Notes under the pieces: generated by a model
Told to the model about the DNA's origin: nothing
The model's input: only the letters and a program-made list of their open reading frames with translations
The model's database searches: none
Assembly: GCA_031417495.1 (NCBI GenBank)
Contig: JANOVQ010000639.1
Span: 1 to 32,934, forward strand
DNA from: Pseudomonadota bacterium
Lineage (GTDB): Bacteria > Pseudomonadota > Gammaproteobacteria > Ga0077536
Length of the DNA stretch: 32,934 nucleotides
Direction of reading: 5' to 3'
Translations under genes and position numbers: made by a program
Shown: piece after piece, positions 8,497-18,932 of the stretch
How positions within the stretch are numbered: position 1 is the stretch's first letter
How the letters are laid out: each line of letters begins with the position of its first letter

Positions 8497-11400
8497 TCAT
8501 CCGGCGTCACCCGCCGCAGGCCCTGGCCATTCACGCCAGGCGTCCAGGCGCGGATAGTAAAGGCCCAGCATCACCGGCCGTCGCTCCAGGCTGGCGAAGG
8601 CGCGCGCGTACGCGGCCAGCTGCGGTCGATAGCGCGCTACTTCCGAGGCCATGAACGCAGCGCGGTCACCGCCCTCATGGGTGCTCGTCTTGAAATCCAC
8701 AATCCAGCGCACCCCGTCGCTGGTCACAAACGTGCGGTCGATGATCACATCCAGGACCTGTCCATCGCTCACCGTGGCAATGCGATACTCACTATGCGCG
8801 TCACGATGAGTGGGCGCGAATAACCACTGACCGCGTGCGCTCGCCACAGTCGCGGCCAATGCGGCCTGCACTTCGCGGGTGGCCAGCTCGACCTCCGCAC
8901 CACCCAAACCAAGCCGCCGCAGCCGCGCGCGAACGTCTTGAGCTGCCGGCAAGCCCTCTGCCAGGCCCGCTGCGCTGGCCATCCATTGCAGGAAGGCATG
9001 GGTGACCGTGCCAATGGGCTTGGCGAGCGGGCTAGCCCATTCGAAAGGCAGCGGCACGCGTGCCACGAAACTTTCTACCGCCTCAGTGGGGACCGGTAGG
9101 TCGACCATTCTCAAACGCTGGCGCAAGGGTTTGCTGGGGGTCGGCAGCGGCGCCGCCACGGGTGCGACGAGCGTCGTGATCGAGGCCGCGAGGGCCGGCC
9201 ACAGCATGCTGAGAAAACTGCCGCTGGGACGCGGGCTTTCGGGGCTGGCATTGCAGAACACATGCAACCCACTGCGCGCCCTGGTGAGCGCGACATACAG
9301 CAGGCGATAGCCCTCGGCTTTCGTTGCTATTTTTGCGTTGCCGTGCAAATGCTCGTACAACGCGGCCGCGCCCTGTTCGGCGCTAGCGAGCGCGGCGATC
9401 ACCGGCAGCTCCTCGCGGCCTGGCAGTGCCGCCTGTGCGAGTAACAGCGGCCGCGCGTCAGCGCGCACCGCACGCTGCAACTCGGGGACGAGGACCACGT
9501 CGAACTCGAGCCCCTTGGCATGATGAATCGTCATGATCTCGACCGTCGGACCGGTGTGCCGGGGAAAGGGCGCAAACTGCTCAGCGACCACTCGCCTGAG
9601 CGTGGCTGCATGCAATGCTTCCTCATCGATTTCGAGCACTTCAAGCATTTCAAAAAACCTTCGCGCATAGCGCTCATCGTCCTCGCGCGCGACACCTACC
9701 GAGCCCACCAGCCAGCGCCAGGCATCCTCCACCAGCTGGGCATACGGCACGCGCCCACGCGCCGCCAGCGCGCGTGCCAAGACTGCGCGCACACGTTGTA
9801 CACGCGCGCTTTCGCTCGCCGCCAAGTTCGCCAACACGGCGTCGTCGTGCAGTTGATCCCACAGCAGCGCGTCGCGGTCAGCACCTGCCAAAGTGTGGAG
9901 ATCAGCCAAACTGAGGCCACACCATGGGGCGCGCAACACCGCCAGCCAAGCTACCCGATCCGTGAGATCGAAAAGCGCCCGCGTGAGCGCCATCAAATCG
10001 TTGATCAGCGGAATTTCGCTCAATGCATCAATGTCGTTGGTCGCAAGGGGGATGCCGGCGGCCGCCAATTGTTGCGGTATCGTCCCGAGATGGGTGCGGC
10101 TGCGGACCAGGATCGCGATGGTCGCGGCAGGTTGCGTGAGCCATGTCGCCTGGATTATTTCCAGCATCTGCGCGGCCACTGAGTGCGCCGTTGCCAGGTG
10201 GACTTGCACGCCACTCAGCGCATCATCATCCCGAATCGCCTGGAAGGGATGAAAAGTGGGCAGCTCGCTGTCGGCGGCCGCAAAAGTGGTGGTGAAGGTC
10301 TCATTCAGCCAGTCAAGTACCGCCGGACAGGTACGAAAATTCGCGTTAAGCCGCAAAGGGTGCAGCGGAAGATTGCCGAATTGTCGACGCTCAAGCGTCT
10401 TTGTAAAGAGATTCACGTCGGCATCGCGGAATCGGTAGATCGACTGCAACGGATCGCCGACCAGAAATAACGTGCGGGCTTCGCTGTCGGTCCATCCGCC
10501 GATCAGGCGTTCGAGTAACTTGTATTGAATGCGCGAGGTGTCCTGAAATTCATCCACCAGCAGATGACTCAACTGGTAGTCCAGCGCAAGCGCGAGCTCG
10601 GTTGGATTTTCAAGCTCACCCAGCGCTGTCAGAGCCGCTAAAGTCTGATCCGGGAAATCGATCACGCCTTGTTCCGCACTCACGACCTGCCAGTGGGCGA
10701 CGGCCAAGCGCAGCACCATCAGCAGATTGCACACCCGCGCGAATTCGCCATCGCTGTAGTGCAAAGCCGGGAATTCACGCGTTGCGGCCAGCGCCGCGAC
10801 CCAGGTCGGCGCTGCGTCCAACGCGCCGACCAACGCTTGATAATCGCGTTTCCACGCCGCACCATCTGCTTCCGGGCCTGGCGAAAATTCTTTCGCCGGA
10901 TTTCGCCGCGCCCGGCCGGCCTTGGTCAACAACACCTCCGCGACCTGTCGCCAGCCTTCACGCTCATCCGCGTCCGCAGTGAAATGCGTCAGCGCGGCGA
11001 GCGGTGAGTCGGGGGTGCGCCCGGCCACGCTCTGACCGATCCATCGCACGATTTCGATCAGCGAAATTTTCAGGCGCGGAGGGCAACTCGCCACCATCTG
11101 GGTTTGCGCGGCGGCGATTAGCGTGGCCCGTGCGGCGTCCAAAGTCGCGCGCGCAGGCAGCACCGTGCTCAACAGCAACCACTGATCGCGACGCGCCAAC
11201 ATCTCGATCAGTAAGGATTCTAACTTGCGCCAATCGTTGTCCAGATCAGTCAATAACGCGCGGGTCGCGCGCGCGAATTCGTCGGCGGGATCGTCTTCGG
11301 CAGTGAGTAAGGTACGCCGCGCAGCACGGTGATACAGTTCGCGCGAGTCCTCGCGCAAACGGCTGCCGGGTGCCAAGCCTGCTTGCAACGGCAGGCGGCG

Positions 11401-11781
11401 GACCAGGCCACCGCTTAACGCATCGATGGTGAGGATTCGTAAGCGCTGCGGGTTTTCGTGGAGGCGCCAACCACACGCGACGTCATGCGCGAGCACTGCG
11501 CGCGCCAATTCCTGCAGGGTGCGCCCTATCTCACTCGCTTCAATTGGGGCCTCTGCAAGATTGAGGGCGGCGAGCACGCGCCCGCGCATTTCAGCTGCTG
11601 CTTTTCTGGTGAAAGTAATCGCGACCACTTCCTCGGGTGCTGCCACGCGCGCTAATAACACCAGGAAGCGCTGGGTCAGCAAGGCCGTTTTCCCTGATCC
11701 GGCCGCCGCTTCAACGATGAAGGAACGGGTGGGATCAAGTGCGGCACGCCGCGCCACCAAATCGGCGAGCGGCTTATTCAT
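8497..11781 (-). CDS. addA: AddA/UvrD-type helicase-nuclease subunit
   Basis: Walker A AAAGSGKT; TFTRKAA, DEFQDTS, VGDPLQSIYRFR, MTIHHAKGLEF and RLLYVALTRA; C-terminal nuclease IIDR...IVDFKT...QLAAY. Start placed at ATG 11781, which overlaps the addB stop (ATGAATAA). Confidence 0.88.
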   Translation of the reverse strand: MNKPLADLVARRAALDPTRSFIVEAAAGSGKTALLTQRFLVLLARVAAPEEVVAITFTRKAAAEMRGRVLAALNLAEAPIEASEIGRTLQELARAVLAHDVACGWRLHENPQRLRILTIDALSGGLVRRLPLQAGLAPGSRLREDSRELYHRAARRTLLTAEDDPADEFARATRALLTDLDNDWRKLESLLIEMLARRDQWLLLSTVLPARATLDAARATLIAAAQTQMVASCPPRLKISLIEIVRWIGQSVAGRTPDSPLAALTHFTADADEREGWRQVAEVLLTKAGRARRNPAKEFSPGPEADGAAWKRDYQALVGALDAAPTWVAALAATREFPALHYSDGEFARVCNLLMVLRLAVAHWQVVSAEQGVIDFPDQTLAALTALGELENPTELALALDYQLSHLLVDEFQDTSRIQYKLLERLIGGWTDSEARTLFLVGDPLQSIYRFRDADVNLFTKTLERRQFGNLPLHPLRLNANFRTCPAVLDWLNETFTTTFAAADSELPTFHPFQAIRDDDALSGVQVHLATAHSVAAQMLEIIQATWLTQPAATIAILVRSRTHLGTIPQQLAAAGIPLATNDIDALSEIPLINDLMALTRALFDLTDRVAWLAVLRAPWCGLSLADLHTLAGADRDALLWDQLHDDAVLANLAASESARVQRVRAVLARALAARGRVPYAQLVEDAWRWLVGSVGVAREDDERYARRFFEMLEVLEIDEEALHAATLRRVVAEQFAPFPRHTGPTVEIMTIHHAKGLEFDVVLVPELQRAVRADARPLLLAQAALPGREELPVIAALASAEQGAAALYEHLHGNAKIATKAEGYRLLYVALTRARSGLHVFCNASPESPRPSGSFLSMLWPALAASITTLVAPVAAPLPTPSKPLRQRLRMVDLPVPTEAVESFVARVPLPFEWASPLAKPIGTVTHAFLQWMASAAGLAEGLPAAQDVRARLRRLGLGGAEVELATREVQAALAATVASARGQWLFAPTHRDAHSEYRIATVSDGQVLDVIIDRTFVTSDGVRWIVDFKTSTHEGGDRAAFMASEVARYRPQLAAYARAFASLERRPVMLGLYYPRLDAWREWPGPAAGDAG

Positions 11782-14374
11782 CGAGGTCATCCTCCGGGAT
11801 CGCGAGCGCTGCCTCATGCACGCGACACAGCACCTGGAGATCGCAATACCGGCAGGTCTTGAGTTCATCCTTAGGCGCCACGCTGGCTTGACCTTCGACA
11901 AACTGCAGCGCCAAGGCGTTAAGTTCGCGCTGCCATGCGGCACGCGTGGCAGACCATGTCGCCGGGTCTTCGGGCACTGTTTCGGGCGCGGTTTGGCTCA
12001 CATTCTTCGGCCAATCAATCAGCTTGCAGTGGCCGCTGCGCACACTCGCGAAGGCGATTCCGGAGGCCGCGGCCTCGCTCAGCGCATAGGCGAGCAACTG
12101 CGGCTGGTCTGGGCGCGGCAATGCCCATTGACTGCGCGCGGGGTGACCGCCGGTTTTGTAATCGATCAACAGCACGCTGCCGTCCGCCAAACGGTCGATG
12201 CGGTCGATGCGTAAGCGCAATTCCAGCGACTCCAACTGCAGGGTCCGTGGTGCTTCGCACGCAATCACCGCAAAACTCGGGCGCGCCAAGTCGCAATCCA
12301 GCCACTCGCCGCACAAGCGCACGAGGCGCATGCGTTCAAGTGACCAGCCGGCTGGCGGCACGGCGGTGGCGTCCAAAATCCCGCCAACGATCTCTGTGAG
12401 CACGGCCGCGCGCTGCGCGTCATCCAGCTCACGAACTGCGGCCTGGGTGCCGAAGCGTCGCCAAAACTCGGCGAGCACGCGATGTACGAGATCTCCACGC
12501 AGGCGGGAATCAGGCCCCAGCTGGGGTGTCTCTTGCGCAGGCGAATGCAGTCGATGGCGCGCAAACGCCCGGAAAGGACAAGCCGCCTGATCAGTTAGGA
12601 GCGCCGCGCCGCCGCGGATGTGCTCGTTTGCCTGCACCGGCAGCGCATGGTCCTCGCAGATCTCAAAAAGCGCTTGCGCGCGCGGCGCGACGACCCGCGA
12701 GTCGGTGGGAAGCATGGCGAGTAGCTGGCCCAACCCCTGCACAGCCTGCTGCGCCACACTGCCCGCGTGGGCGGCAAAACTCGCCCTGAACTCAGTCGCC
12801 TGTCCATGCAAGGCAGCAAAACTCGCGGCGGCGAGCGCAAAAGTCTGGTTACCCACGGCGGCTGGCACACCGGCCTGGCGCTGTGCTTGGAAGGCCAGAA
12901 ACGGCGTCACTTCCAACGGTGCCGGCCACACGCCGGCATGCAAGCCGATCACCCGCACCTTGGCCGGTGCAAGCGCAGCGGCCTCTGCCAGCGACAGAAT
13001 TTCGATGGCATTTAACACCGGGGCGGCGGCGCCACCGACCCGGTTGACCGCCTGAGTCAGCCACTGCAGGGCCTGGCTCAAGGTCTGTGGGGGCAACACT
13101 AAATCGAGCGTCGCGACTTCATCGAGCGCGCGGCGCCAGCGCTTGAGTTCCTCTTCCTCGGCGGCATTAAGAAGCGCCGCGCCCGGCCAACCAGCCGCGC
13201 TGAGCGCGGACTCAATCCGCGCAAGCCATTGCTTCAAATCGAAGCGGCGCGCGCGCTCACGCGCGAGCGCCTGCAAGGCAGGCCACACTGCAGCAAACGG
13301 CGCGCATTCGAATTGGCGCGTGACCGCCGCCAATGCACTCATCGCAATCCCATCCACCCCGCTGCTCAGGATCTGCGCCGCCGCCCGCGCCCGTGGGCCC
13401 CAGGTCCCATCGCCATTACCAATATAAGGACTGTTCAGCAGCAGCACGGCGTTCGCCCGCGAGATTTCATCGCCCGTCTGGAGCAGCTGTAAGGCTGTTT
13501 TCGCCAGGCGTGAAGGCGCCCGCGGTAGCGCCGGACGGTGGTTCAAAGGCGTCCACAACGAGGCGCGGGCCTGGCGCTCGGCGAGTTGCGTGAGCAAGCT
13601 CTCTAACGGCGCGACAAGCGTGACATCGGCGTAAGCGATCACCGGCACCTGATGGATATTTTCCGCGCTGATTTGCAATGCCCACTGCGCGGCGGCCGCG
13701 ATTTCCGCCTGGACTTCAAGATAACTCGCATAATCGCGGGCGCCGCGCAGTGTCCCCTGCACGGGAAAAGGGCTTGGCAGCGCCCGGCATAAGACGGGCG
13801 AGGCGCCCGCGAAGCCCACGCTGAAAGTGTCAGGCGCGGAATTGAACGGCGGCAGCCTGAGCAATAGGCGCGCTTGATCAATGACTCGTAGCTCATCACA
13901 GCGCTCACGAAATCGGCGCGCCCAAGCCCGGTAGGCCCGCTGCTCGAGCGAGCCGGTTGGCAGCCCCGGCGCCGGTTCGGCCACCGCATAGCCATGTTGA
14001 ATTTCCCACGCCACCTGCGCGAGCCGGGCGAGCGCCGCCGGCGCGACATCCGGCAGCGCCAGTGACGCGGCACATTCCTGGACGCAGCGTGTCCACAGGG
14101 CCAATTCCTGCGCCCCACTCAGCAGGAGTTCGGCCGTCCCTAAGGCGGCGGGAAACAGCTGCACTCGGCGCTCCAACCACTCGTGCGCGCTATACAGCGC
14201 CGGTGCCGGCCAAGCCTGGCCCCCTGCGGCGACCTGCCCGCGATCGAAATCGGCACGGATCACCGCGCCCAGACGGCCGCTCGCGACGACCAAGGTGGCA
14301 CCCGCCGCTAACGCGGCCGACAAAGTGCTATGGCTTGCCTGAACGATCATTCCGGGTATGGTAGGAGACTGCAT
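11774..14374 (-). CDS. addB: AddB-like inactive helicase / PD-(D/E)XK nuclease with Fe-S staple
   Basis: C-terminal CPF...RIDRID...LIDYKTG...QLLAY...CRYCDLQVLC; stop overlaps the addA start. Confidence 0.8.
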   Translation of the reverse strand: MQSPTIPGMIVQASHSTLSAALAAGATLVVASGRLGAVIRADFDRGQVAAGGQAWPAPALYSAHEWLERRVQLFPAALGTAELLLSGAQELALWTRCVQECAASLALPDVAPAALARLAQVAWEIQHGYAVAEPAPGLPTGSLEQRAYRAWARRFRERCDELRVIDQARLLLRLPPFNSAPDTFSVGFAGASPVLCRALPSPFPVQGTLRGARDYASYLEVQAEIAAAAQWALQISAENIHQVPVIAYADVTLVAPLESLLTQLAERQARASLWTPLNHRPALPRAPSRLAKTALQLLQTGDEISRANAVLLLNSPYIGNGDGTWGPRARAAAQILSSGVDGIAMSALAAVTRQFECAPFAAVWPALQALARERARRFDLKQWLARIESALSAAGWPGAALLNAAEEEELKRWRRALDEVATLDLVLPPQTLSQALQWLTQAVNRVGGAAAPVLNAIEILSLAEAAALAPAKVRVIGLHAGVWPAPLEVTPFLAFQAQRQAGVPAAVGNQTFALAAASFAALHGQATEFRASFAAHAGSVAQQAVQGLGQLLAMLPTDSRVVAPRAQALFEICEDHALPVQANEHIRGGAALLTDQAACPFRAFARHRLHSPAQETPQLGPDSRLRGDLVHRVLAEFWRRFGTQAAVRELDDAQRAAVLTEIVGGILDATAVPPAGWSLERMRLVRLCGEWLDCDLARPSFAVIACEAPRTLQLESLELRLRIDRIDRLADGSVLLIDYKTGGHPARSQWALPRPDQPQLLAYALSEAAASGIAFASVRSGHCKLIDWPKNVSQTAPETVPEDPATWSATRAAWQRELNALALQFVEGQASVAPKDELKTCRYCDLQVLCRVHEAALAIPEDDLDE

Positions 14375-14400
14375 GGCATCCCAGAAGCGACGCGGAAGAA

Positions 14401-14889
14401 TTGGCGATGATTTTTAGCAAGGCATTCGCGCGCGCAAAGACTCATTCGAGTCTGTGCCTCGTTGCCGTGGGCTTGCTGGTAACGAACTCCGCTGCCCACG
14501 CGGCCAAGATGTATCAATGGATCGATCCCACCACCGGCACTGTCCAGCTCGCCGGCGCCGCGCCCCCGTGGTATCGCAGTGCCATGCGCGGTCCGCGCGT
14601 GCGCGTGTATGAACAGGGCAAAGTGATCGACGATACTGCTTACGCCGCACCAGACTCACCACTCGACTCGGCGTTGCCCTCCACCCCGCAAGCGCCGGGC
14701 CCTGCCCACCCCGCAAGCGCTCCGGTCGCAGGCGAAGATCGCCAAAGCGGTGCGCCCGCCGCCCTGCCGACCAGTTCAGCCAGCCGAAGCGAAGAATTCA
14801 AAGCGCTACTGGAAGCCTGGGATCGTGAGCAGGCGAGGCAAGAGCTACCGGCAGCGGCAGCCTCAACGCCGGCCCCACCAACGCACTAG
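14401..14889 (+). CDS. Exported DUF4124-like protein with Pro/Ala-rich linker
   Basis: Signal peptide ending AHA, then MYQWIDPTTGTVQLAGAAP, which fits the DUF4124 pattern. Start is 14401 or 14407. Confidence 0.6.
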   Translation: MAMIFSKAFARAKTHSSLCLVAVGLLVTNSAAHAAKMYQWIDPTTGTVQLAGAAPPWYRSAMRGPRVRVYEQGKVIDDTAYAAPDSPLDSALPSTPQAPGPAHPASAPVAGEDRQSGAPAALPTSSASRSEEFKALLEAWDREQARQELPAAAASTPAPPTH

Positions 14890-16278
14890 CGTGTCCCAAA
14901 TACCGCCGGGCGGGGTAGCGAGTTCCGCAATCACCCGCAGCGCTTCATTCTGCGGATCGACTTGGCGGCCAATCGCTAGATAGGCCTGCGCACGTGCCGA
15001 ATCACCGCGCCCGACGGCACCATCGGCAAGCAGGGCGTAGCGCTTAGCGACCTCAGCGAGACCGGCGCGCGCGGCGAGATGGCCAGGATCGAGCTGCAGG
15101 ATGCGGGCGAAGTAGTAATAGGCATTATCGCTGGGCGGTAAGGTCAGGCGCTGGGTGTTCAAGCAGTGATTACCCAGCCATAACAAAGCCGAAATGACCA
15201 TCGCCGGATCGACCGCGCCGACTGGTGCTGGAGCGGCGGATGGCTGGCTCAAGGCAACCTGGGTGGCCGTGAATAGTGCGAGGTCGCCCGGATCCTCAAG
15301 CTTCGGTGCGGCGGCCAAATCCGCTTCGATGAGATAGAGCGAGCCATAGCCGAGCAGCGCCAGCGCGAGCAGACCATACAACCCCACGCGCCAGCGATGA
15401 TCAGGCGCGGGATCCCAGCGCAAACGGGTCACCGCCACGGGTGGCGCTAGCGCCTTCGCAGGGAGTTCCTGAGTAGTCGCCAGCCATTCGGCGCGCACCG
15501 CCGACAGGTAGTGCAGCAGCGCCGACACATCCCGAAAGCGATCATTACGGTCTTTGGCGAGCGTCAAGTCGAGCACGCCCTGGAAGGCGGCGAGCTGACC
15601 AGGCAGGCGCGGAATTGGCGCGTGCTTGTGCATGTGGATGACTTCGATGACGGATTCCGACCGATACGGTTTCTGGCCGGTCAGCATTTCATAAAAAATA
15701 ACACCCAGGGCGTACAGGTCGGTCCGGGTATCGATCTCCCCGGGCTCGGCCTGTTCCGGCGCCATGTAATTGGGGCTGCCGAGGAAGACCCCGGTAGCTG
15801 TGAGATCCGCATCGCGCACCAGGGATTTGGCAATGCCGAAATCGCTTAGCAAGGGTGTGCCATCGCTGCGGAACAGGATATTGCCGGGCTTAACGTCGCG
15901 ATGGACGATGCCCTCGGCATGCGCCGCGCCCAACCCCCGGGCGACCTGCTCGAGGACATCCAATGCCTGGTCGGGCGCTAGCGGGCCGTCTGCGAGGCGC
16001 TGCCTGAGATCGCCGCCAGAAACATATTCCATCGAGATGTAAACAAAATCGCTGGCCGTGCCGATATCGTAGATGGTGATGATATTAGGGTGCCGTAAGG
16101 CCGCCAGCAGCTGCCCTTCATTCATGAAGCGGCGCAGGGCAAGGCGCGAATCGTTCACGCTGGTATCCAACACTTTAAGGACCACCGTGCGCCCGAGTGA
16201 TGTCTGTTCGGCGAGATAGGCAGCCGCCATCCCGCCTTCAGCGATGCATTGGGTGATGGTGTAACCCACAATTTCCAT
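14863..16278 (-). CDS. Hanks-type Ser/Thr protein kinase with TM helix and extracytoplasmic TPR-like domain
   Basis: Kinase motifs EGGMA, VVLKV, HRDVKPGN, DFG, YMAPE and DLYALG; TM segment VGLYGLLALALLGYGSLYLI; DNAYYYFARILQLDPGH helical repeat. Confidence 0.92.
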   Translation of the reverse strand: MEIVGYTITQCIAEGGMAAAYLAEQTSLGRTVVLKVLDTSVNDSRLALRRFMNEGQLLAALRHPNIITIYDIGTASDFVYISMEYVSGGDLRQRLADGPLAPDQALDVLEQVARGLGAAHAEGIVHRDVKPGNILFRSDGTPLLSDFGIAKSLVRDADLTATGVFLGSPNYMAPEQAEPGEIDTRTDLYALGVIFYEMLTGQKPYRSESVIEVIHMHKHAPIPRLPGQLAAFQGVLDLTLAKDRNDRFRDVSALLHYLSAVRAEWLATTQELPAKALAPPVAVTRLRWDPAPDHRWRVGLYGLLALALLGYGSLYLIEADLAAAPKLEDPGDLALFTATQVALSQPSAAPAPVGAVDPAMVISALLWLGNHCLNTQRLTLPPSDNAYYYFARILQLDPGHLAARAGLAEVAKRYALLADGAVGRGDSARAQAYLAIGRQVDPQNEALRVIAELATPPGGIWDTLVRWWGRR

Positions 16279-16376
16279 GCGCGAGATTATAGCGAGCGAT
16301 GGTGGGTTAGGCGCAGATAAACCGGCGAGCGCGTGCGTTCGCTGACCGAGTTCGTTACATTAAGGAGGAACAAAAA

Positions 16377-16916
16377 ATGCCCATCGGAACCCCTGCACGG
16401 CGCGCGACCAGCGTGCGACAGCCCGGAATCTCCTGCATGACTAAAGCTGCCAAGCACCAATCAGACGCGCGTGCCACCACGCGCAAATTAATCGACGACA
16501 TGCTGAAGCAACGCCAGCAAATGCTGGTCTTGCTGTGGGACTTGACCAAGCTCGATCTGCAACGCGCCGACGATACCGCCACGGATATGGTCGACGAATT
16601 CCTTACCCTCCTGGTCGATTACATCGCAGCCGGACATTTCGGGCTTTATCAGCGCATCACCGAAGGCAGCGAACGCCGCCACCGAGTGGTGGAAACGGCT
16701 AGAGAAATCTATCCCCGCATCGCTGCAATCACCGAAACGGCCATTAACTTTAGCGAACGCTTCGAGCGTGGCGGCGAAAAAGCCATGCGCGGACATTTGG
16801 CACAGGATCTCTCCACGTTGGCCGAGCAACTCACCACGCGCATCGAACTCGAAGACCAATTGATTGATGCAATGCTCGGCAGCGATGAACAGCCGAGCCC
16901 GCGCGCCTCGCATTAG
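16377..16916 (+). CDS. rsd: Rsd/AlgQ anti-sigma70 factor
   Basis: Motifs LVDYIAAGHFGLY and LTTRIELEDQLI; perfect SD TAAGGAGG at 16361-16368. Confidence 0.9.
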   Translation: MPIGTPARRATSVRQPGISCMTKAAKHQSDARATTRKLIDDMLKQRQQMLVLLWDLTKLDLQRADDTATDMVDEFLTLLVDYIAAGHFGLYQRITEGSERRHRVVETAREIYPRIAAITETAINFSERFERGGEKAMRGHLAQDLSTLAEQLTTRIELEDQLIDAMLGSDEQPSPRASH

Positions 16917-16967
16917 GTTTTGTCACCTTGCCATGGCGGGCGACGCTGCGCTCACCCGACCTGCCAA

Positions 16968-17402
16968 TCACGGCGCCACTGCCAACTTTGCGCGGATAAG
17001 ATCGCGGTGGGAGAGATAGAGCAAATCCGCGATTTTGCGTAAATAGTATTCTTCGTAATGGTCGAGGCCACCATCTGCATAGGCCACCCGCCATAGGTGT
17101 TCGAGCAGGCGATACTTGGCCTGTTGATCAAGTTGCGCATTCAGCACACTGGTGAACTCAAGCAGCGATACTGCTTCATCGACCGCCCGCTCCGCTTCCG
17201 CAATTAAAGTCTCAGCCAGCATCGCCTCCACGCCAAAGGCGTGCGCGGCCGCCACGGCAATCGCCCGTCGCTCCTCCCCTGTGCTGTTATGATCGGCGCG
17301 CGCGATCTCGAGGAGCAGCGCCAAGCCCGCCACCTCGAGCGAAAGGTTGGCCACCGGCGCGGTGCGCCAATCCCCGAGCAAAGTCTGGAGCGCCTTCCAC
17401 AT
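16968..17402 (-). CDS. TerB-family protein
   Basis: LLLEIARAD...LWRVAYADGGLDHYEEYYLRKIADLL. Confidence 0.85.
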   Translation of the reverse strand: MWKALQTLLGDWRTAPVANLSLEVAGLALLLEIARADHNSTGEERRAIAVAAAHAFGVEAMLAETLIAEAERAVDEAVSLLEFTSVLNAQLDQQAKYRLLEHLWRVAYADGGLDHYEEYYLRKIADLLYLSHRDLIRAKLAVAP

Positions 17403-17441
17403 ACTCAGTCCTCAAGGTTATTTCATCGCCCGGACCATGCC

Positions 17442-18170
17442 ATGACCCGCCTGTTCGTGCCACTCACCTTAACCCCGCAGACTCTCCTGCAACTACCGCC
17501 TGCGGTGGCGCATCGGGTGCGAGATGTGCTGCGCGCGCGGAGCGGCGAGACCTTGACGGTCTTTGATGGCACGGGGGGCGAATTTCCGGCAGTGATTCGC
17601 TCCTGCTCGCGCGCCCAGGTTGAGATCGAAACCGCGGCGCGCAGCGCCCAGGAACGTGAATCCCCGTTAACTCTGACCTTGGCCCAGGGCATCGCCCGGG
17701 GCGAGCGCATGGATTACACCCTGCAAAAGGCGGTGGAACTCGGGGTTACGCGAATCGTGCCACTTGCGACGGTGCGCAGTCAGATCAGGCTGACGGAAGA
17801 TCGCGCCGCGCGCCGCCGTGCGCATTGGGAAGGCGTGGTCATCCACGCCTGTGAGCAATGTGGGCGCAATCGTCTCCCACAAGTCACCGACCTCTGCACG
17901 CTCGAGGAGTTTATCCGCACGGATGACGCAGATATTCGCCTCACCCTGGCGCCCGGCGCCGCGCGCGATCTGCGCTACATTAGCCCTCGCCAACAGTCGT
18001 TCAGTTTGGTGATTGGTCCCGAGGGGGGGCTCGATGGCGACGAATTGGCGCAACTCACTGCGGCGGGGTATGTCGCCGTGCGTCTCGGGCCGCGCATTCT
18101 GCGCACCGAAACTGCGGCGCTGGTCGCGTTAACCGCCCTGCAAGTGCTGGCTGGCGATTTGGGGGAATAA
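17442..18170 (+). CDS. rsmE: 16S rRNA m3U1498 methyltransferase RsmE
   Basis: VLR, QKAVELGV, ACEQCGRN, IGPEGG and LGPRILRTETA; start set at ATG 17442 (MTRLF). Confidence 0.96.
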   Translation: MTRLFVPLTLTPQTLLQLPPAVAHRVRDVLRARSGETLTVFDGTGGEFPAVIRSCSRAQVEIETAARSAQERESPLTLTLAQGIARGERMDYTLQKAVELGVTRIVPLATVRSQIRLTEDRAARRRAHWEGVVIHACEQCGRNRLPQVTDLCTLEEFIRTDDADIRLTLAPGAARDLRYISPRQQSFSLVIGPEGGLDGDELAQLTAAGYVAVRLGPRILRTETAALVALTALQVLAGDLGE

Positions 18171-18174
18171 CCTG

Positions 18175-18930
18175 TCAGTCGGCACCTGCCGCATTGGCGC
18201 GCAGGCGGCGGCGCACGTCGCTCAGCAGGCGACGGCTAATCGGCAGCTTTTCGACGAGACCGTCCAACTGCACTGAGCAGTTGCCGACCCCGTCGCGCTC
18301 GAGACCAAGCACATAAGCAACCGCGACCAAGGTGTTGCGATGAATTCGCACAAACGCCTCGCGAAACTCCTCTTCCAACGCCCGCAAAGACTCCTGTATC
18401 AGCAACTCGCCGGTGGCGAAATTAACCGTGACATAGCCCTGATCGGCTTGCAGATAACGCACATCCTGCACATGCACAAGGCGCAAGCTACCCTTGCTAA
18501 GCGCACTAAAATGCGTGCGCGCCACGGGTTCCGCGCGATCACCTGCGAGTTCACGTAACTGCGCTGAAGTGAATAGACGCGCCCGCGTGAGCGCGCTTTG
18601 CAAGCGTTCCAGGCGCACGGGTTTCAGCAGATAGTCAATCGCCTGGGTCTCAAATGCGGCGAGTGCATGTTCGTTAAACGCGGTGGTAAAAATAATCGCG
18701 GGCGGGTGCGGCAGGCGCAGCAGATGGCGCGCCGTTTCCAGACCATCCATGCCCGGCATCCGAATATCCAGCAGCACGATATCTGGGTGCCAGGCTTGCA
18801 CGAGTTCCAAGGCCTGCAGGCCCGTGCTCGCTTCACCAATCACGGCATCGGCGGCGAGCTCCGCAAGTTGCGCGCGCAGGCGAGCGCGTGCGAGCGGTTC
18901 GTCATCCACAATCAAAAGCTTGCTCGCCAT
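18175..18930 (-). CDS. algR: LytTR-family response regulator AlgR
   Basis: REC (VDDEPLAR, LLDIRMPG, DYLLKPV) plus LytTR (FVRIHRN); directly downstream of the algZ-like kinase. Confidence 0.88.
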   Translation of the reverse strand: MASKLLIVDDEPLARARLRAQLAELAADAVIGEASTGLQALELVQAWHPDIVLLDIRMPGMDGLETARHLLRLPHPPAIIFTTAFNEHALAAFETQAIDYLLKPVRLERLQSALTRARLFTSAQLRELAGDRAEPVARTHFSALSKGSLRLVHVQDVRYLQADQGYVTVNFATGELLIQESLRALEEEFREAFVRIHRNTLVAVAYVLGLERDGVGNCSVQLDGLVEKLPISRRLLSDVRRRLRANAAGAD

Positions 18931-18932
18931 CC

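Noticed and set aside
11782-11943. N-terminal extension of the addA ORF
   Set aside because: Lies inside addB; ATG 11781 overlapping the addB stop is the more plausible start.
17241-17441. N-terminal extension of rsmE
   Set aside because: Overlaps the divergent TerB gene; RsmE similarity starts at MTRLF.
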